Assembly: GCA_964433205.1 (NCBI GenBank)
Contig: CAYSRA010000003.1
Coordinates: 670-64,669 of the forward strand
From: an uncultured Thiohalobacter sp.
GTDB taxonomy: Bacteria > Pseudomonadota > Gammaproteobacteria > DSM-19610
Length of the DNA: 64,000 nucleotides
Reading direction: 5' to 3'
The stretch's first letter is position 1; the number at the start of each line of letters is the position of its first letter. Shown here piece by piece: positions 8,837 to 20,713 of this stretch. Below the pieces are notes generated by a model, which searched no databases, was not told where the DNA came from, and saw nothing but the letters and a program-made list of their open reading frames with translations. The translations under genes were made by a program, and so were the position numbers.

Positions 8837-10009
8837 ATGCGCGAACTTGCACCGGCGCTGGCGCGTCGCAGGCAGCAGCATCTGTATCGCCGGCGGCAGA
8901 CGCTGGAAAGTCCGCAGGGCGTCGAAATCACCATCGACGGCGAAAGATTTCTGTCCTTCTGCAGTAACGATTACCTCGGCCTGGCCAGCCATCCCGATCT
9001 GGTCAGCGCGCTCGCCGAAGGCGCGCAGCGTTTCGGCGTCGGCAGTGGCGCGGCGCACCTCATAACCGGCCACAGCTATGCGCACCAGGCGCTGGAAGAG
9101 GATCTGGCCGATTTTACCGGCCAGCCGCGCGCGCTGTTGTTCTCGACCGGTTATATGGCCAATCTTGGCGTCGCCTCGGCGTTGCTGGGGCGTGGCGACA
9201 CACTGGTCGAGGATCGGCTCAACCACGCTTCGCTGATCGATGCGGCGCAACTCAGCGGCGCACGCCTGCTGCGTTACCGGCACAACGATATGGACAGCCT
9301 GCAACGTCGTCTGTCGGGCATCGAACGCGGTGAGACGCTGGTAGCAACCGATGCCGTGTTCAGCATGGATGGCGATTGTGCGCCATTGCAGGAAATGGAT
9401 GCCTTGTGCCGCCGGCACGCGGCCTGGTTGCTGGTCGACGATGCGCACGGTTTCGGCGTGCTCGGCGAGCATGGCGGTGGCTGGTACCGCGAACAACTCG
9501 GAACCGGAGGCGACAACAATATTCTTATGGCGACGCTGGGCAAGGCGCTGGGTACGTTCGGCGCCTTTGTTGCGGGTTCCGAAGAGCTGGTGGAAACGCT
9601 GATCCAGCAGGCGCGCACCTTTATCTATACCACTGCCGCGCCGCCGGCCGTTGCCTGGGCTACGCGCACCGCGCTGCGGCTGGTACGGGAAGGCGACGAG
9701 CGGCGGGCGCGGCTGCGCGAGTTGATTGCACATTTTCGCAGCGGGGCGGCGCAGCGGGATCTGCCTCTGATGGACTCGGTAACGCCGATCCAGCCGCTGC
9801 GGGTTGGCGATGCGGCGGCGGCGCTGGCGCTGGGCGAAGCGCTGCGCCGTGAGGGTATCCTGGCCGGTGTCATTCGTCCGCCGACGGTCCCGGAAGGTGC
9901 GGCGCGCCTGCGCATTACCCTGTCGGCACAGCATACACCGCAACAGGTGGACCGGTTGCTCGATGCGCTGGGACGTTGTTACCCCGACGTGAGCCATGTT
10001 GCACGTTGA
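8837..10009 (+). CDS. bioF: 8-amino-7-oxononanoate synthase
   Basis: SNDYLGL and the PLP-enzyme pattern DDAHGFGVLG...ATLGKALG. Starts at TTG 8831 or ATG 8837, directly after the bioB stop. Confidence 0.93.
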   Translation: MRELAPALARRRQQHLYRRRQTLESPQGVEITIDGERFLSFCSNDYLGLASHPDLVSALAEGAQRFGVGSGAAHLITGHSYAHQALEEDLADFTGQPRALLFSTGYMANLGVASALLGRGDTLVEDRLNHASLIDAAQLSGARLLRYRHNDMDSLQRRLSGIERGETLVATDAVFSMDGDCAPLQEMDALCRRHAAWLLVDDAHGFGVLGEHGGGWYREQLGTGGDNNILMATLGKALGTFGAFVAGSEELVETLIQQARTFIYTTAAPPAVAWATRTALRLVREGDERRARLRELIAHFRSGAAQRDLPLMDSVTPIQPLRVGDAAAALALGEALRREGILAGVIRPPTVPEGAARLRITLSAQHTPQQVDRLLDALGRCYPDVSHVAR

Positions 10010-10759
10010 CCGCTACGGCCAGGGGCCGGAACTGGTGCTGGTGCACGGCTGGGGGATGCACGGCGGTCTTTTGCGCATGTTTGCCACGCAACTCGGCAAC
10101 TATTTTCATGTCACTGTGGCCGACCTTCCGGGGCACGGCAACAGCCCGTGGAACGGCGCTGTGTCGCTGGATGAGTGGGCGCGGCAGGTACTGGATTGCG
10201 TGCCCGCGGGTGGATACTGGATCGGCTGGTCGCTGGGCGGGCTGGTCGCGCTGGCGGCGGCCCGGCTCAAACCGCAACGGGTGAACGGCCTGATGCTGCT
10301 GGCATCGACGCCGAAGTTCGTGCGCGCGGAAGACTGGCCGTGCGCGGTCGATGCGCAGGTGTTTGAGCAGTTTGCCCGGCAGCTCGACGCCAACCCGGAC
10401 AAGACGCTGGGGCGCTTCCTTGCGCTGCAGGTGCGCGCCGCCGAGCACAGCGGTGAGTTGCTCAGGCAGTTGCGTTCGGATCTGAAAACCCGGCCATCCG
10501 CTGCCCCGGCTGCCTTGCGCACCGGTCTGGCGTTGTTGCAGGACAGTGACCTGCGCACCCAGATAAGTAGCGCCACGGTGCCGCTGTTCGGGGTGTTCGG
10601 GGAACGTGACACACTGGTGCCGCCCGCAGCCGCCACTGTGCTGGACGAGCAGCACCGCGCGGTACTGGAAGGCGCCGGGCATGCGCCGTTCCTGTCGCAT
10701 CCGGATGCGTGCGTCGAACTGGCGCGGCGCTGGTTTCACAACAACGAGGTGGCGCGCTG

Positions 10760-10760
<1 letters not shown>
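9996..10760 (+). CDS. bioH: Pimeloyl-ACP methyl ester carboxylesterase
   Basis: Alpha/beta hydrolase with LVLVHGWG, nucleophile elbow GWSLGG and C-terminal GHAPF. Sits between bioF and bioC. Confidence 0.88.
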
Positions 10761-12770
<2,010 letters not shown>

Positions 12771-13065
12771 GGTCCGGGTATCCCTGGCTGCGCTTTGCAG
12801 CGCGACTGGATGGGTGTCTTCTCCCATGATTTCGGCAGCAACGACAGCCACTTGAGCCTTATTGATCGATAATGTCCGGGCAGCATCGATAGCGCGGGCT
12901 GCAAACGTCGCCGCGGGACTGCCGGCGGGGCGGTTCCGGCCGCTGCGAGGGGGCGGAAAACCCGTCTCAACCCGACAGGTCTATAAGAACATTAACAGAT
13001 AACTATATTATGTTTTATAAGTTACTGATATAGCGAATATTTATAACCATAAATTATAAATTTTT

Positions 13066-13095
13066 TTGCACCTGAATCGAGTCGTGCTGTAGCAT
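13066..13095 (+). promoter_or_regulatory. Candidate sigma70 promoter for the cox operon, preceded by an AT-rich UP-like tract
   Basis: TTGCAC (13066-13071), 18 nt, TAGCAT (13090-13095). Immediately downstream of the roughly 90-bp AT-rich stretch at 12981-13068. Confidence 0.3.
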
Positions 13096-13159
13096 GCAGC
13101 ACAGCGCGCGAGACTGTGGTTTTTTTCTCGTGACCCGGAATGTTTGCCAGAGGTAACAT

Positions 13160-13636
13160 GTGGTCGCAACCCAGTTTGACAGCTTCAACGCATCCCGCCG
13201 GTTCATGATCCGGCCCAACTGTTCGTTGTCATGGCGACAAACAGTGTGGTTTTTCCTTGGTATGGTCACCGTGTCTTTCAGTATCGCGATCGCCTTCGCA
13301 ATGAAGGGCTTGTGGTTGATTCTCCCGTTTGCCGGGCTGGAAATGCTCGTGCTGGCTGTCGCGCTTTACCATGTGGCGAGACGTGCTGCGCGCTGGCAGA
13401 TGTTGAATATCCATGAAGATTCCGTTGATTTTGTCGAGGGTGTGGATAAATCGGAGAATCGCAGCAGTTTTCAGCGCGCCTGGGTGCGAGTGAGGTTCGA
13501 GGCGGCAGCTATCAAGGGCTACCCGTCACGGCTGATGCTCGGGTCGCATGGCCGTAATACAGAAATCGGTGAGTATCTGGGCGAAGCCGAAAAGCAACAG
13601 CTCGCGCAACAATTACGCGAAGCGCTTGCGTCGTAA
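13160..13636 (+). CDS. DUF2244-like membrane protein associated with cytochrome oxidase operons
   Basis: RPNCSLSWRQTVWFFLGMVTVSFSIAIAFA...LPFAGLEMLVLAVALY, a two-TM pattern. Lies directly upstream of coxB. Confidence 0.7.
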   Translation: MVATQFDSFNASRRFMIRPNCSLSWRQTVWFFLGMVTVSFSIAIAFAMKGLWLILPFAGLEMLVLAVALYHVARRAARWQMLNIHEDSVDFVEGVDKSENRSSFQRAWVRVRFEAAAIKGYPSRLMLGSHGRNTEIGEYLGEAEKQQLAQQLREALAS

Positions 13637-13696
13637 TCCAGTCGACGCAACAAAAAAATAATTCAAGATTCGGGACGAGGAAGGAGAGGCAGTGGC

Positions 13697-14824
13697 ATGT
13701 TGGTTACAAGAATGAAGCGTTTGCTCACCGCAGCGGGGGGGGTGGCAGCGATGCTGGCTGCCCCCGGTGCACTGGCCGAGTACGGTCTTAATCTGCCGCG
13801 TGGCGTCACACCGATCAGTCAGGAAGCATATGACATGCATATGCTGATCTTCTGGGTATGTGTGGTGATAGCCATCGTGGTTTTCGGTGTGATGTTCTTC
13901 TCGATCTTCAGTCACCGCAAATCGAAAGGCGCTGTTGCTGCACAGTTTCATGAGAGTACGACGGTTGAGATCCTCTGGACCGTGGTGCCCTTCCTGATCC
14001 TGGTCGGCATGGCGATTCCGGCCACCAAGGCCCTCGTCAACATGGAGGACACCAGTAACTCCGATCTGAGTATCAAGGTGACGGGATACCAGTGGAAGTG
14101 GGGTTACGAATACATTGACGATGACATCAGCTTCATCAGTTCCCTGGCCACCCCGCACGGTCAGATCTATAACCAGACTCCCAAGGGCGATCACTACCTG
14201 CGCGAGGTCGATAACCCTCTTGTCGTGCCGATCAACAAGAAGGTCCGTTTGCTGATTACCGCCAATGATGTGATTCATTCCTGGTGGGTGCCGAAGCTGG
14301 GTATGAAAAAGGATGCAATACCCGGTTTTATCAACTCCATGTGGATCAAGGTCGAAAAGGAAGGCACCTACCGAGGGCAGTGTGCAGAACTTTGCGGCAA
14401 GGACCATGGTTTCATGCCGATCGTGGTGGTGGCCAAGAACGAGGCTGATTACGCACAGTGGGTCAGTGACCAGAAGTCGGCGTCCGCGGCTGATGCGGCG
14501 GCCGCCGGCAAGGAATGGTCCATGGATGATTTGATGGCGCGCGGCGAGAAGGTCTACAACACCAACTGTGCGGCATGCCACCAGGCAAACGGCTCGGGTG
14601 TTCCGGGGGCATTCCCGGCGCTCAAGGGCAGCGCGATTGCAACCGGCCCCGTTGCGCAGCACATCGCCATCATAATGAATGGTAAGTCCGGCACTGCCAT
14701 GGCGGCATTCGGTGCGCAGCTGAACGATATCGATATCGCTGCTGTGGCGACCTACGAGCGCAACGCCTGGGGTAATAATACCGGCGATCTGGTTCAACCT
14801 TCCGAAGTAAAGGCTGCCCGTTAA
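13697..14824 (+). CDS. coxB: Cytochrome c oxidase subunit II with C-terminal cytochrome c domain
   Basis: CuA motif HSWWVP...CAELCGKDHGFM. C-terminal CAACHQ haem-c motif. Confidence 0.95.
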   Translation: MLVTRMKRLLTAAGGVAAMLAAPGALAEYGLNLPRGVTPISQEAYDMHMLIFWVCVVIAIVVFGVMFFSIFSHRKSKGAVAAQFHESTTVEILWTVVPFLILVGMAIPATKALVNMEDTSNSDLSIKVTGYQWKWGYEYIDDDISFISSLATPHGQIYNQTPKGDHYLREVDNPLVVPINKKVRLLITANDVIHSWWVPKLGMKKDAIPGFINSMWIKVEKEGTYRGQCAELCGKDHGFMPIVVVAKNEADYAQWVSDQKSASAADAAAAGKEWSMDDLMARGEKVYNTNCAACHQANGSGVPGAFPALKGSAIATGPVAQHIAIIMNGKSGTAMAAFGAQLNDIDIAAVATYERNAWGNNTGDLVQPSEVKAAR

Positions 14825-14846
14825 GGGTCGTGGAGGAGAAAAAACA

Positions 14847-16418
14847 ATGAGTACTGAAACTACACACGACGATCATCACGGACCTGCAAGCGGCCTGTCC
14901 CGCTGGGTATTTACAACCAATCACAAGGACATTGGTACGCTTTACCTGCTGTTCTCGCTGCTTATGTTTATTGTCGGCGGCACCATGGCCATGGTGATTC
15001 GTGCCGAGCTGTTCCAGCCCGGGCTGCAGTTCGTCGAGCCGCAGTTCTTCAATTCCATGACCACCATGCACGCGCTGATCATGATCTTTGGCGCGGTCAT
15101 GCCGGGTTTTGTCGGGCTCGCAAACTGGCTGGTGCCGATGATGATCGGCGCACCGGACATGGCGCTGCCGCGCATGAATAACTGGAGTTTCTGGATTCTC
15201 CCGTTTGCCTTCACCATGCTGCTGTCTACCCTGTTCATGGAGGGCGGCGCGCCGGCCGGTGGCTGGACCATGTATCCGCCGCTGGTGATGCAGACAGGTA
15301 ATGCTTTCCCGTTCCTGATCTTCTCGGTTCATCTGATGGGTATTTCCTCCATCATGGGCGCCATCAACATCGTCGTGACCATTCTCAATATGCGCGCGCC
15401 GGGCATGACGTTGATGAAGATGCCGCTGTTCGTGTGGACCTGGCTGATTACGGCCTACCTGCTGATCGCGGTCATGCCTGTGCTGGCAGGTTCGGTGACA
15501 ATGTTGCTGACGGATCGCTTCTTCGATACCTCCTTCTTCGACGCTGCAGGCGGTGGTGACCCTGTCATGTTCCAGCATATCTTCTGGTTCTTTGGGCACC
15601 CGGAGGTGTACATCATGATCCTGCCGGCATTCGGTATTGTGTCGCAGATCGTCCCGACCTTTGCGCGCAAGCCGTTGTTCGGCTACAGCTCCATGGTGTA
15701 CGCGACGTCGTCTATTGCTTTCCTGTCGTTCATCGTGTGGGCGCACCACATGTTTACCGTGGGTCTGCCGCTGACCGGCGAGCTGTTCTTTATGTATGCG
15801 ACGATGCTGATCGCGGTGCCAACCGGCGTGAAGGTGTTCAACTGGGTGTCTACCATGTGGCGGGGTTCCATGACGTTCGAGACGCCGATGTTGTTTGCGC
15901 TGGGTTTTGTGGTTATGTTCACCATCGGCGGGTTCTCCGGCCTGATGCTGGCGATTACGCCGGTTGATTTCCAGTACCACGACACTTACTTCGTGGTGGC
16001 GCATTTCCACTACGTACTGGTAACCGGTGCAGTGTTCTCGATCATGGCGGCCGCCTACTACTGGATGCCCAAGTGGACCGGAAATATGTATAACGAAAAA
16101 CTTGGCAAGCTGCATTTCTGGCTGTCGACGATCTTCGTTAACGTGCTGTTCTTCCCGCAACACTTCCTGGGGCTGGCGGGCATGCCGCGCCGTATCCCGG
16201 ACTACTCGCCCCAGTTCACGGAGTTCAACCAGATCTCCAGTATCGGTGGTTTTGCCTTCGGCCTGACCCAGCTGTTGTTCGTGTATATCGTGTACAAGAC
16301 GATCAGGGGGGGCGAGAAGGCCAGCGACCAGGTCTGGGAAGGCGCTCACGGTCTGGAGTGGACGCTGTCTTCACCGCCGCCATACCACAGTTTTACCACG
16401 GCGCCCGAGGTCAAGTAG
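14847..16418 (+). CDS. ctaD: Cytochrome c oxidase subunit I (aa3-type)
   Basis: TTNHKDIGTLYL, WFFGHPEVYI and HHMF motifs; 523 aa. Confidence 0.97.
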   Translation: MSTETTHDDHHGPASGLSRWVFTTNHKDIGTLYLLFSLLMFIVGGTMAMVIRAELFQPGLQFVEPQFFNSMTTMHALIMIFGAVMPGFVGLANWLVPMMIGAPDMALPRMNNWSFWILPFAFTMLLSTLFMEGGAPAGGWTMYPPLVMQTGNAFPFLIFSVHLMGISSIMGAINIVVTILNMRAPGMTLMKMPLFVWTWLITAYLLIAVMPVLAGSVTMLLTDRFFDTSFFDAAGGGDPVMFQHIFWFFGHPEVYIMILPAFGIVSQIVPTFARKPLFGYSSMVYATSSIAFLSFIVWAHHMFTVGLPLTGELFFMYATMLIAVPTGVKVFNWVSTMWRGSMTFETPMLFALGFVVMFTIGGFSGLMLAITPVDFQYHDTYFVVAHFHYVLVTGAVFSIMAAAYYWMPKWTGNMYNEKLGKLHFWLSTIFVNVLFFPQHFLGLAGMPRRIPDYSPQFTEFNQISSIGGFAFGLTQLLFVYIVYKTIRGGEKASDQVWEGAHGLEWTLSSPPPYHSFTTAPEVK

Positions 16419-16450
16419 TTTTTCCCGGGTGAGGATGGAGAGGAAGTGCT

Positions 16451-16564
16451 ATGAATGAAGAGTCCTTGAGAAAGCGAGCGCGCATGATGGCGGTCATGCT
16501 GGGTGTTGTGGCGACCGCGCTGTATTTTGGCTTCATGTGGTTAACGGCTAACGGGGCGCTGTAG
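16451..16564 (+). CDS. Small single-TM protein (37 aa), cytochrome oxidase small assembly protein-like
   Basis: Below the ORF-track cutoff. ATG 16451 behind GGAGAGGAAG. Sequence MNEESLRKRARMMAVMLGVVATALYFGFMWLTANGAL. TAG at 16562-16564 abuts the ctaG ATG (TAGATG). Confidence 0.6.
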   Translation: MNEESLRKRARMMAVMLGVVATALYFGFMWLTANGAL

Positions 16565-17107
16565 ATGTCTAACCCTGATCTGCAGGCAGCAAACCGCAGG
16601 ACGATAAAACGCCTGCTGTTTTTGGTAGCCGGCATGTTCGGCTTCGTGTTTGCCCTGGTGCCGCTGTACAACGTGTTTTGTGATCTGACCGGGCTGAACG
16701 GTAAAACAGCGGACGGGCCGGCGCAGGCTGTTATTGTCGAGCCCGATCTGTCGCGCACCGTCGTGGTAGAGTTTTTGGCGAGCGTGAATGAAAACATGCC
16801 CTGGGATTTCCGGCCTTCTGTTGTGCGGATGGAAATCCACCCGGGGAAAATGTATCGCACGTCATTTGTGGCGAGGAACCGTACTGATCACGCCATGGTT
16901 GGTCAGGCAATTCCGAGCGTGACGCCGGGGCAGGCGGCTTCGCACTTCAAGAAGACGGAGTGCTTCTGTTTTACCCAACAGAAATTCGAGGCGGGGGAAG
17001 AGCGGGATATGCCGTTAGTGTTTATGGTGGACCCGGAGCTTCCGCGAGACATCAACGAGGTTACGCTGGCCTATACTTTCTTCGATAAAAACAAACTTTT
17101 GAACTAA
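16565..17107 (+). CDS. ctaG: Cytochrome c oxidase assembly protein CtaG/Cox11
   Basis: VPLYNVFCDLTGLNG and the FKKTECFCFTQQ copper-binding motif. Confidence 0.93.
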   Translation: MSNPDLQAANRRTIKRLLFLVAGMFGFVFALVPLYNVFCDLTGLNGKTADGPAQAVIVEPDLSRTVVVEFLASVNENMPWDFRPSVVRMEIHPGKMYRTSFVARNRTDHAMVGQAIPSVTPGQAASHFKKTECFCFTQQKFEAGEERDMPLVFMVDPELPRDINEVTLAYTFFDKNKLLN

Positions 17108-17130
17108 TACCATTAGATGAGGATGCGGGA

Positions 17131-17991
17131 ATGAGCGAAGCACACGGTGGCTATTATGTACCCCATGGGACAAGCTGGCCGATTGTCGGGTCCATCGGCC
17201 TGACCACGCTGGTCGTCGGGCTTGCCAATTACCTGAACGGTTCCAGTGTTGGTTTGACGGTCATGCTGGCCGGCCTCGGTATTGTCCTGCTGATGATGTT
17301 CGGCTGGTTCGGTACCGTGATCCGGGAAAGCGAAGCGGGCATATACAACGAGCAGGTCGACAGGTCTTTCCGTTGGGGCATGAGCTGGTTCATCTTTTCC
17401 GAGGTGATGTTTTTTGCCGCATTCTTTGGTGCGCTCTACTATGCGCGCATGCTGGCGGTCCCCTGGCTGGGGGGCGGCGATGTCGAGACCAACCAGTTGC
17501 TCTGGAAAGGCTGGGAAGCGACCTGGCCGACAAACGGCCCGGGCGAGATCGGCGGCGAATTTGAAACCGTGGGCGCCTGGGGCATTCCGGCGATCAATAC
17601 GTTGTTATTGCTGAGCAGTGGCGTGACCGTCACGCTGGCACACTGGGCGCTGAAAAAGAATCAGCGTGGCGCACTGGTCATGTGGCTGCTTGCGACCGTT
17701 GTGCTGGGGTTTACCTTTCTTGGTCTGCAGATGTATGAATATTCGCACGCCTACCATGAACTCAACCTGACGCTGGGTTCCGGTATCTATGGCTCTACCT
17801 TCTACATGTTGACCGGTTTCCACGGTCTGCATGTGACGATTGGCGCGATCATGCTGACGATCATCATGTTGCGCTGCATCAAGGGGCACTTTACCCCCGA
17901 TCACCACTTTGGCTTCGAGGCGGTCGCCTGGTACTGGCATTTCGTCGACGTGGTATGGCTGGGCCTGTTTATTTTCGTCTACATGCTGTAA
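17131..17991 (+). CDS. coxC: Cytochrome c oxidase subunit III
   Basis: 286 aa, seven-TM pattern, GFHGLHVTIG and WYWHFVDVVW. Confidence 0.95.
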   Translation: MSEAHGGYYVPHGTSWPIVGSIGLTTLVVGLANYLNGSSVGLTVMLAGLGIVLLMMFGWFGTVIRESEAGIYNEQVDRSFRWGMSWFIFSEVMFFAAFFGALYYARMLAVPWLGGGDVETNQLLWKGWEATWPTNGPGEIGGEFETVGAWGIPAINTLLLLSSGVTVTLAHWALKKNQRGALVMWLLATVVLGFTFLGLQMYEYSHAYHELNLTLGSGIYGSTFYMLTGFHGLHVTIGAIMLTIIMLRCIKGHFTPDHHFGFEAVAWYWHFVDVVWLGLFIFVYML

Positions 17992-18007
17992 TCGACCCGC
18001 AAAGACG

Positions 18008-18035
18008 AAAAAGGCGCCTCCCGGGGCGCCTTTTT
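18008..18035. terminator. Bidirectional rho-independent terminator
   Basis: AAAAAGGCGCC-tccc/gg-GGCGCCTTTTT between convergent coxC and the DUF2909 gene. Confidence 0.8.
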
Positions 18036-18055
18036 CGTGAGCGGGGTCTGTCGTG

Positions 18056-18304
18056 TCACGGGTTTTCGGCTGGCCTCTGGTAAACCGGGTGGCTGGCCGG
18101 GTAGATGCCGTGCGGCTTGATGTGGCCGGTGGCGACCGCAAGCATCAACAGCCCGAACAGTGAAACCGACAATGCAATGCGAACAGTCAGCGCTTTGGCG
18201 GTACGCGTCGTCTGCCCCTTGTCGCGAAGCATAAAAAACATGCCGCTGAACAGGCTGGCGAGGATGGCAATGAACACCGCGATGGTGAGCAATTTAATGA
18301 GCAT
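18056..18304 (-). CDS. Twin-TM small protein (DUF2909-like)
   Basis: MLIKLLTIAVFIAILASLFSGMFFMLRDKG...RIALSVSLFGLLMLAVATG; 82 aa. The track ORF is extended upstream to 18436. Confidence 0.7.
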   Translation of the reverse strand: MLIKLLTIAVFIAILASLFSGMFFMLRDKGQTTRTAKALTVRIALSVSLFGLLMLAVATGHIKPHGIYPASHPVYQRPAENP

Positions 18305-18393
18305 GGCGGCACACCTGTGGATATCAGATTTTCTGAGTATAGGGTAAGCAGATTCCGCTTGCGAGCGCGTCGCGCGCTCAGTAGGCTCACGGC

Positions 18394-19125
18394 ATGCGTG
18401 TCGGCAGTCTGGAATTCCGTCCCGGCCTCTGGCCAACTGTTACAACCCTTGTGCTGCTCGGGTTACTGGTGTCTCTCGGGTTCTGGCAGCTGGACAGGGC
18501 GGAGCAGAAGCGCGCATTGCTGGCCGAATACCGGGCTGAAACTGCAGCTGCGCCACTGCGCCTCGACCCGGCAAGGACCAGCTATGAAGGGATGGACTAC
18601 CGGGTGGTGACCGCAAGCGGGCATTTCGATGGAGATCACCAGTTCCTGCTCGATAACCGGACGCATAATGGCCATGTCGGGTACCAGGTGCTGACTCCGT
18701 TTGTGCTGAATGCTGAAGGTACTACGGTGCTGGTGAACCGTGGCTGGGTGCCGCTGGGTAACAGTCGCGAGGTGCTGCCGGATCCGCCGGTTCCGGCAGG
18801 TGAGCAGCGCGTCATTGCGCGCATCAAGCTGCCGGCGGACAAGGTCTTTATGCTGTCGGACGAAGCGCCGCGTGACGGCTGGCCGTGGCGGGTACAGGCG
18901 GTTCAGCTCGATCTGTTTGCGGCGGAACTGGGGCGCTCGCTGATGCCGCTGGTGCTGTTACTGGAAAGCGATGTCGGTGATGGTCTTGTGCGGGACTGGA
19001 AACCGTTAACGTTCGGCCCGGAGCGCAACACCGGCTACGCAGTACAATGGTTTGGTCTGGCGTTGACGCTGTTGATCATTTATTTCGTTGTTAATACAAG
19101 CAAAGTGCATCAGAATCATGAATGA
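18394..19125 (+). CDS. SURF1 family cytochrome oxidase biogenesis protein
   Basis: LGFWQLDRAEQKRAL, VLVNRGWVP and a C-terminal TM containing YAVQWF. Confidence 0.9.
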   Translation: MRVGSLEFRPGLWPTVTTLVLLGLLVSLGFWQLDRAEQKRALLAEYRAETAAAPLRLDPARTSYEGMDYRVVTASGHFDGDHQFLLDNRTHNGHVGYQVLTPFVLNAEGTTVLVNRGWVPLGNSREVLPDPPVPAGEQRVIARIKLPADKVFMLSDEAPRDGWPWRVQAVQLDLFAAELGRSLMPLVLLLESDVGDGLVRDWKPLTFGPERNTGYAVQWFGLALTLLIIYFVVNTSKVHQNHE

Positions 19126-19738
19126 AAAAATTTCCAGAACCCGCTCGCGAACTGTGCTGGTTACGGTGTTGCTGGTGTTTGCTGCACCGGTGATCCTCGC
19201 CTGGCTGGTGTTCTTTGTGTTTCCCGAATACCGTCCGACTACCACCATGAATCATGGTCAGCTGGTTACACCGGTGCGCCCGCTGCCGGCGTTCAGCCTG
19301 CGCGACGCGCAGGGTGCCCCGATTGATCAAACCTATCTGAGGGGTAAATGGACATACGTGTATCTCGCTGACGGTGTGTGTGACCAGCCCTGTGTGCAGC
19401 AGTTGTACAAAATCCGCCAGGTACGCCTGACACAGGGCAAGAATGTCGACCGTCTTCAGCGACTTTTCCTGTGGAATATCGACGCTGTCAGCGAATCGCA
19501 GCGCACTGAACTGGCAAGGCATTTTCCGGGGCTGGCCATCATTCCGCTGGAGCAGGGCCGGCCTGCGGGGCTGATAGAAGTTTTTGCCCTTGATGATGGC
19601 ACGCCACCGATGTCTGCCGGTCGCACCTATCTGGTCGACCCGCTCGGCAACCTGATGATGAGCTACGAGGCCGATGCTGAACCGCGCGGCATCATCAAGG
19701 ATATTGAAAGGCTCTTAAAGTATTCGGGATTAGGGTAA
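19118..19738 (+). CDS. SCO-like thioredoxin-fold membrane-anchored protein
   Basis: N-terminal TM LVTVLLVFAAPVILAWLVFFV. LRGKWTYVYLADGVCDQPC (CxxxC) and TYLVDPLGNLMMSY fit the Sco pattern. ATG 19118 overlaps the SURF1 end. Confidence 0.65.
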   Translation: MNEKISRTRSRTVLVTVLLVFAAPVILAWLVFFVFPEYRPTTTMNHGQLVTPVRPLPAFSLRDAQGAPIDQTYLRGKWTYVYLADGVCDQPCVQQLYKIRQVRLTQGKNVDRLQRLFLWNIDAVSESQRTELARHFPGLAIIPLEQGRPAGLIEVFALDDGTPPMSAGRTYLVDPLGNLMMSYEADAEPRGIIKDIERLLKYSGLG

Positions 19739-19795
19739 AATACCGACTCGTTACTCGATCCGGTTATACGCGCTGACGGGGCGCGGGGGACAAGC

Positions 19796-20713
19796 ATGAG
19801 CTATTCGATGGCGGCTACGCCGGGGACCCACTGGCGGGACTATCTTGGTGTTTGCAAGCTGAAAGTCGTCGCGCTGATTGTGTTCACGGCGCTGGTCGGC
19901 ATGTTTCTCGCGGTGCCCGGCATGGTGCCGTGGCAGCCGCTGATTTTCGGTACGCTGGGCATCGGTATGGCAGCCGCCGCCGCGGCTGCCATTAACCATG
20001 TTGTCGACCGGCATGCCGACGCGCGCATGGCCCGCACCAGTAACCGGCCGGTTGCCAGCGGCGCCATGACCGGTCGCAACTGTCTGGTGTTCTCGCTGGT
20101 GCTCGGCGCGCTGGCAATGTGGATCCTGGTGGAGTTCGTCAATCCGCTTACCGCCGCGCTGACCTTTGCCTCGTTGATTGGTTACGCGGTGATCTACACG
20201 CTTTACCTCAAGCGCGCGACACCGCAGAACATTGTTATCGGCGGCGCCGCAGGCGCGGCCCCCCCTGTGCTGGGCTGGACGGCCGTCACCGGTACGGTCG
20301 ACCCCAACGCGCTGCTGCTGTTCCTGATCATCTTTGTGTGGACGCCGCCGCACTTCTGGGCACTCGCAATCCATCGTCGTAGCGAGTACGCCAAGGTCGA
20401 TATTCCCATGCTGCCGGTGACGCACGGCGTACAGTTCACGCGTCTACAGGTGTTGCTGTACACCATTCTTCTGGTAGTGGTGACGGTAATGCCGTTCGTC
20501 ACTCACATGAGTGGCCTGCTGTATCTCGTCGGCGCGCTCGGTCTGGGTGCGGGGTTCCTGTATCACGCCTGGGCGCTGATGCGCGACGACAGTGGCGGGC
20601 AGGCGATGAAGACCTTCGGGTATTCGATTATCTATCTCATGGCGCTGTTTGCTTCCCTGCTGGTCGATCACTATGTTCCCTCCCTGCTGAGGCTGGCCGG
20701 CCTGGCGGAATAG
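19796..20713 (+). CDS. cyoE: Protohaem IX farnesyltransferase (haem O synthase)
   Basis: UbiA-family pattern: [27 protein letters not shown]. Confidence 0.93.
   Translation: MSYSMAATPGTHWRDYLGVCKLKVVALIVFTALVGMFLAVPGMVPWQPLIFGTLGIGMAAAAAAAINHVVDRHADARMARTSNRPVASGAMTGRNCLVFSLVLGALAMWILVEFVNPLTAALTFASLIGYAVIYTLYLKRATPQNIVIGGAAGAAPPVLGWTAVTGTVDPNALLLFLIIFVWTPPHFWALAIHRRSEYAKVDIPMLPVTHGVQFTRLQVLLYTILLVVVTVMPFVTHMSGLLYLVGALGLGAGFLYHAWALMRDDSGGQAMKTFGYSIIYLMALFASLLVDHYVPSLLRLAGLAE

Noticed and set aside
7784-9997. 737-aa ORF on the minus strand
   Set aside because: It is exactly antisense to bioB and bioF, which have unambiguous motifs. Its Arg/Ala/Gln-rich low-complexity translation is typical of shadow ORFs in GC-rich DNA.
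12861-12875. ATTGATCGATAATG, superficially Fur-box or palindrome-like
   Set aside because: The match to the 19-bp Fur consensus is only partial and the symmetry is imperfect. There is no iron-related gene context.
13613-16349. 394-aa and 559-aa minus-strand ORFs (13613-14797 and 14670-16349)
   Set aside because: They are antisense to coxB and ctaD. The translations are His/Arg/Gln-rich junk with no motifs.
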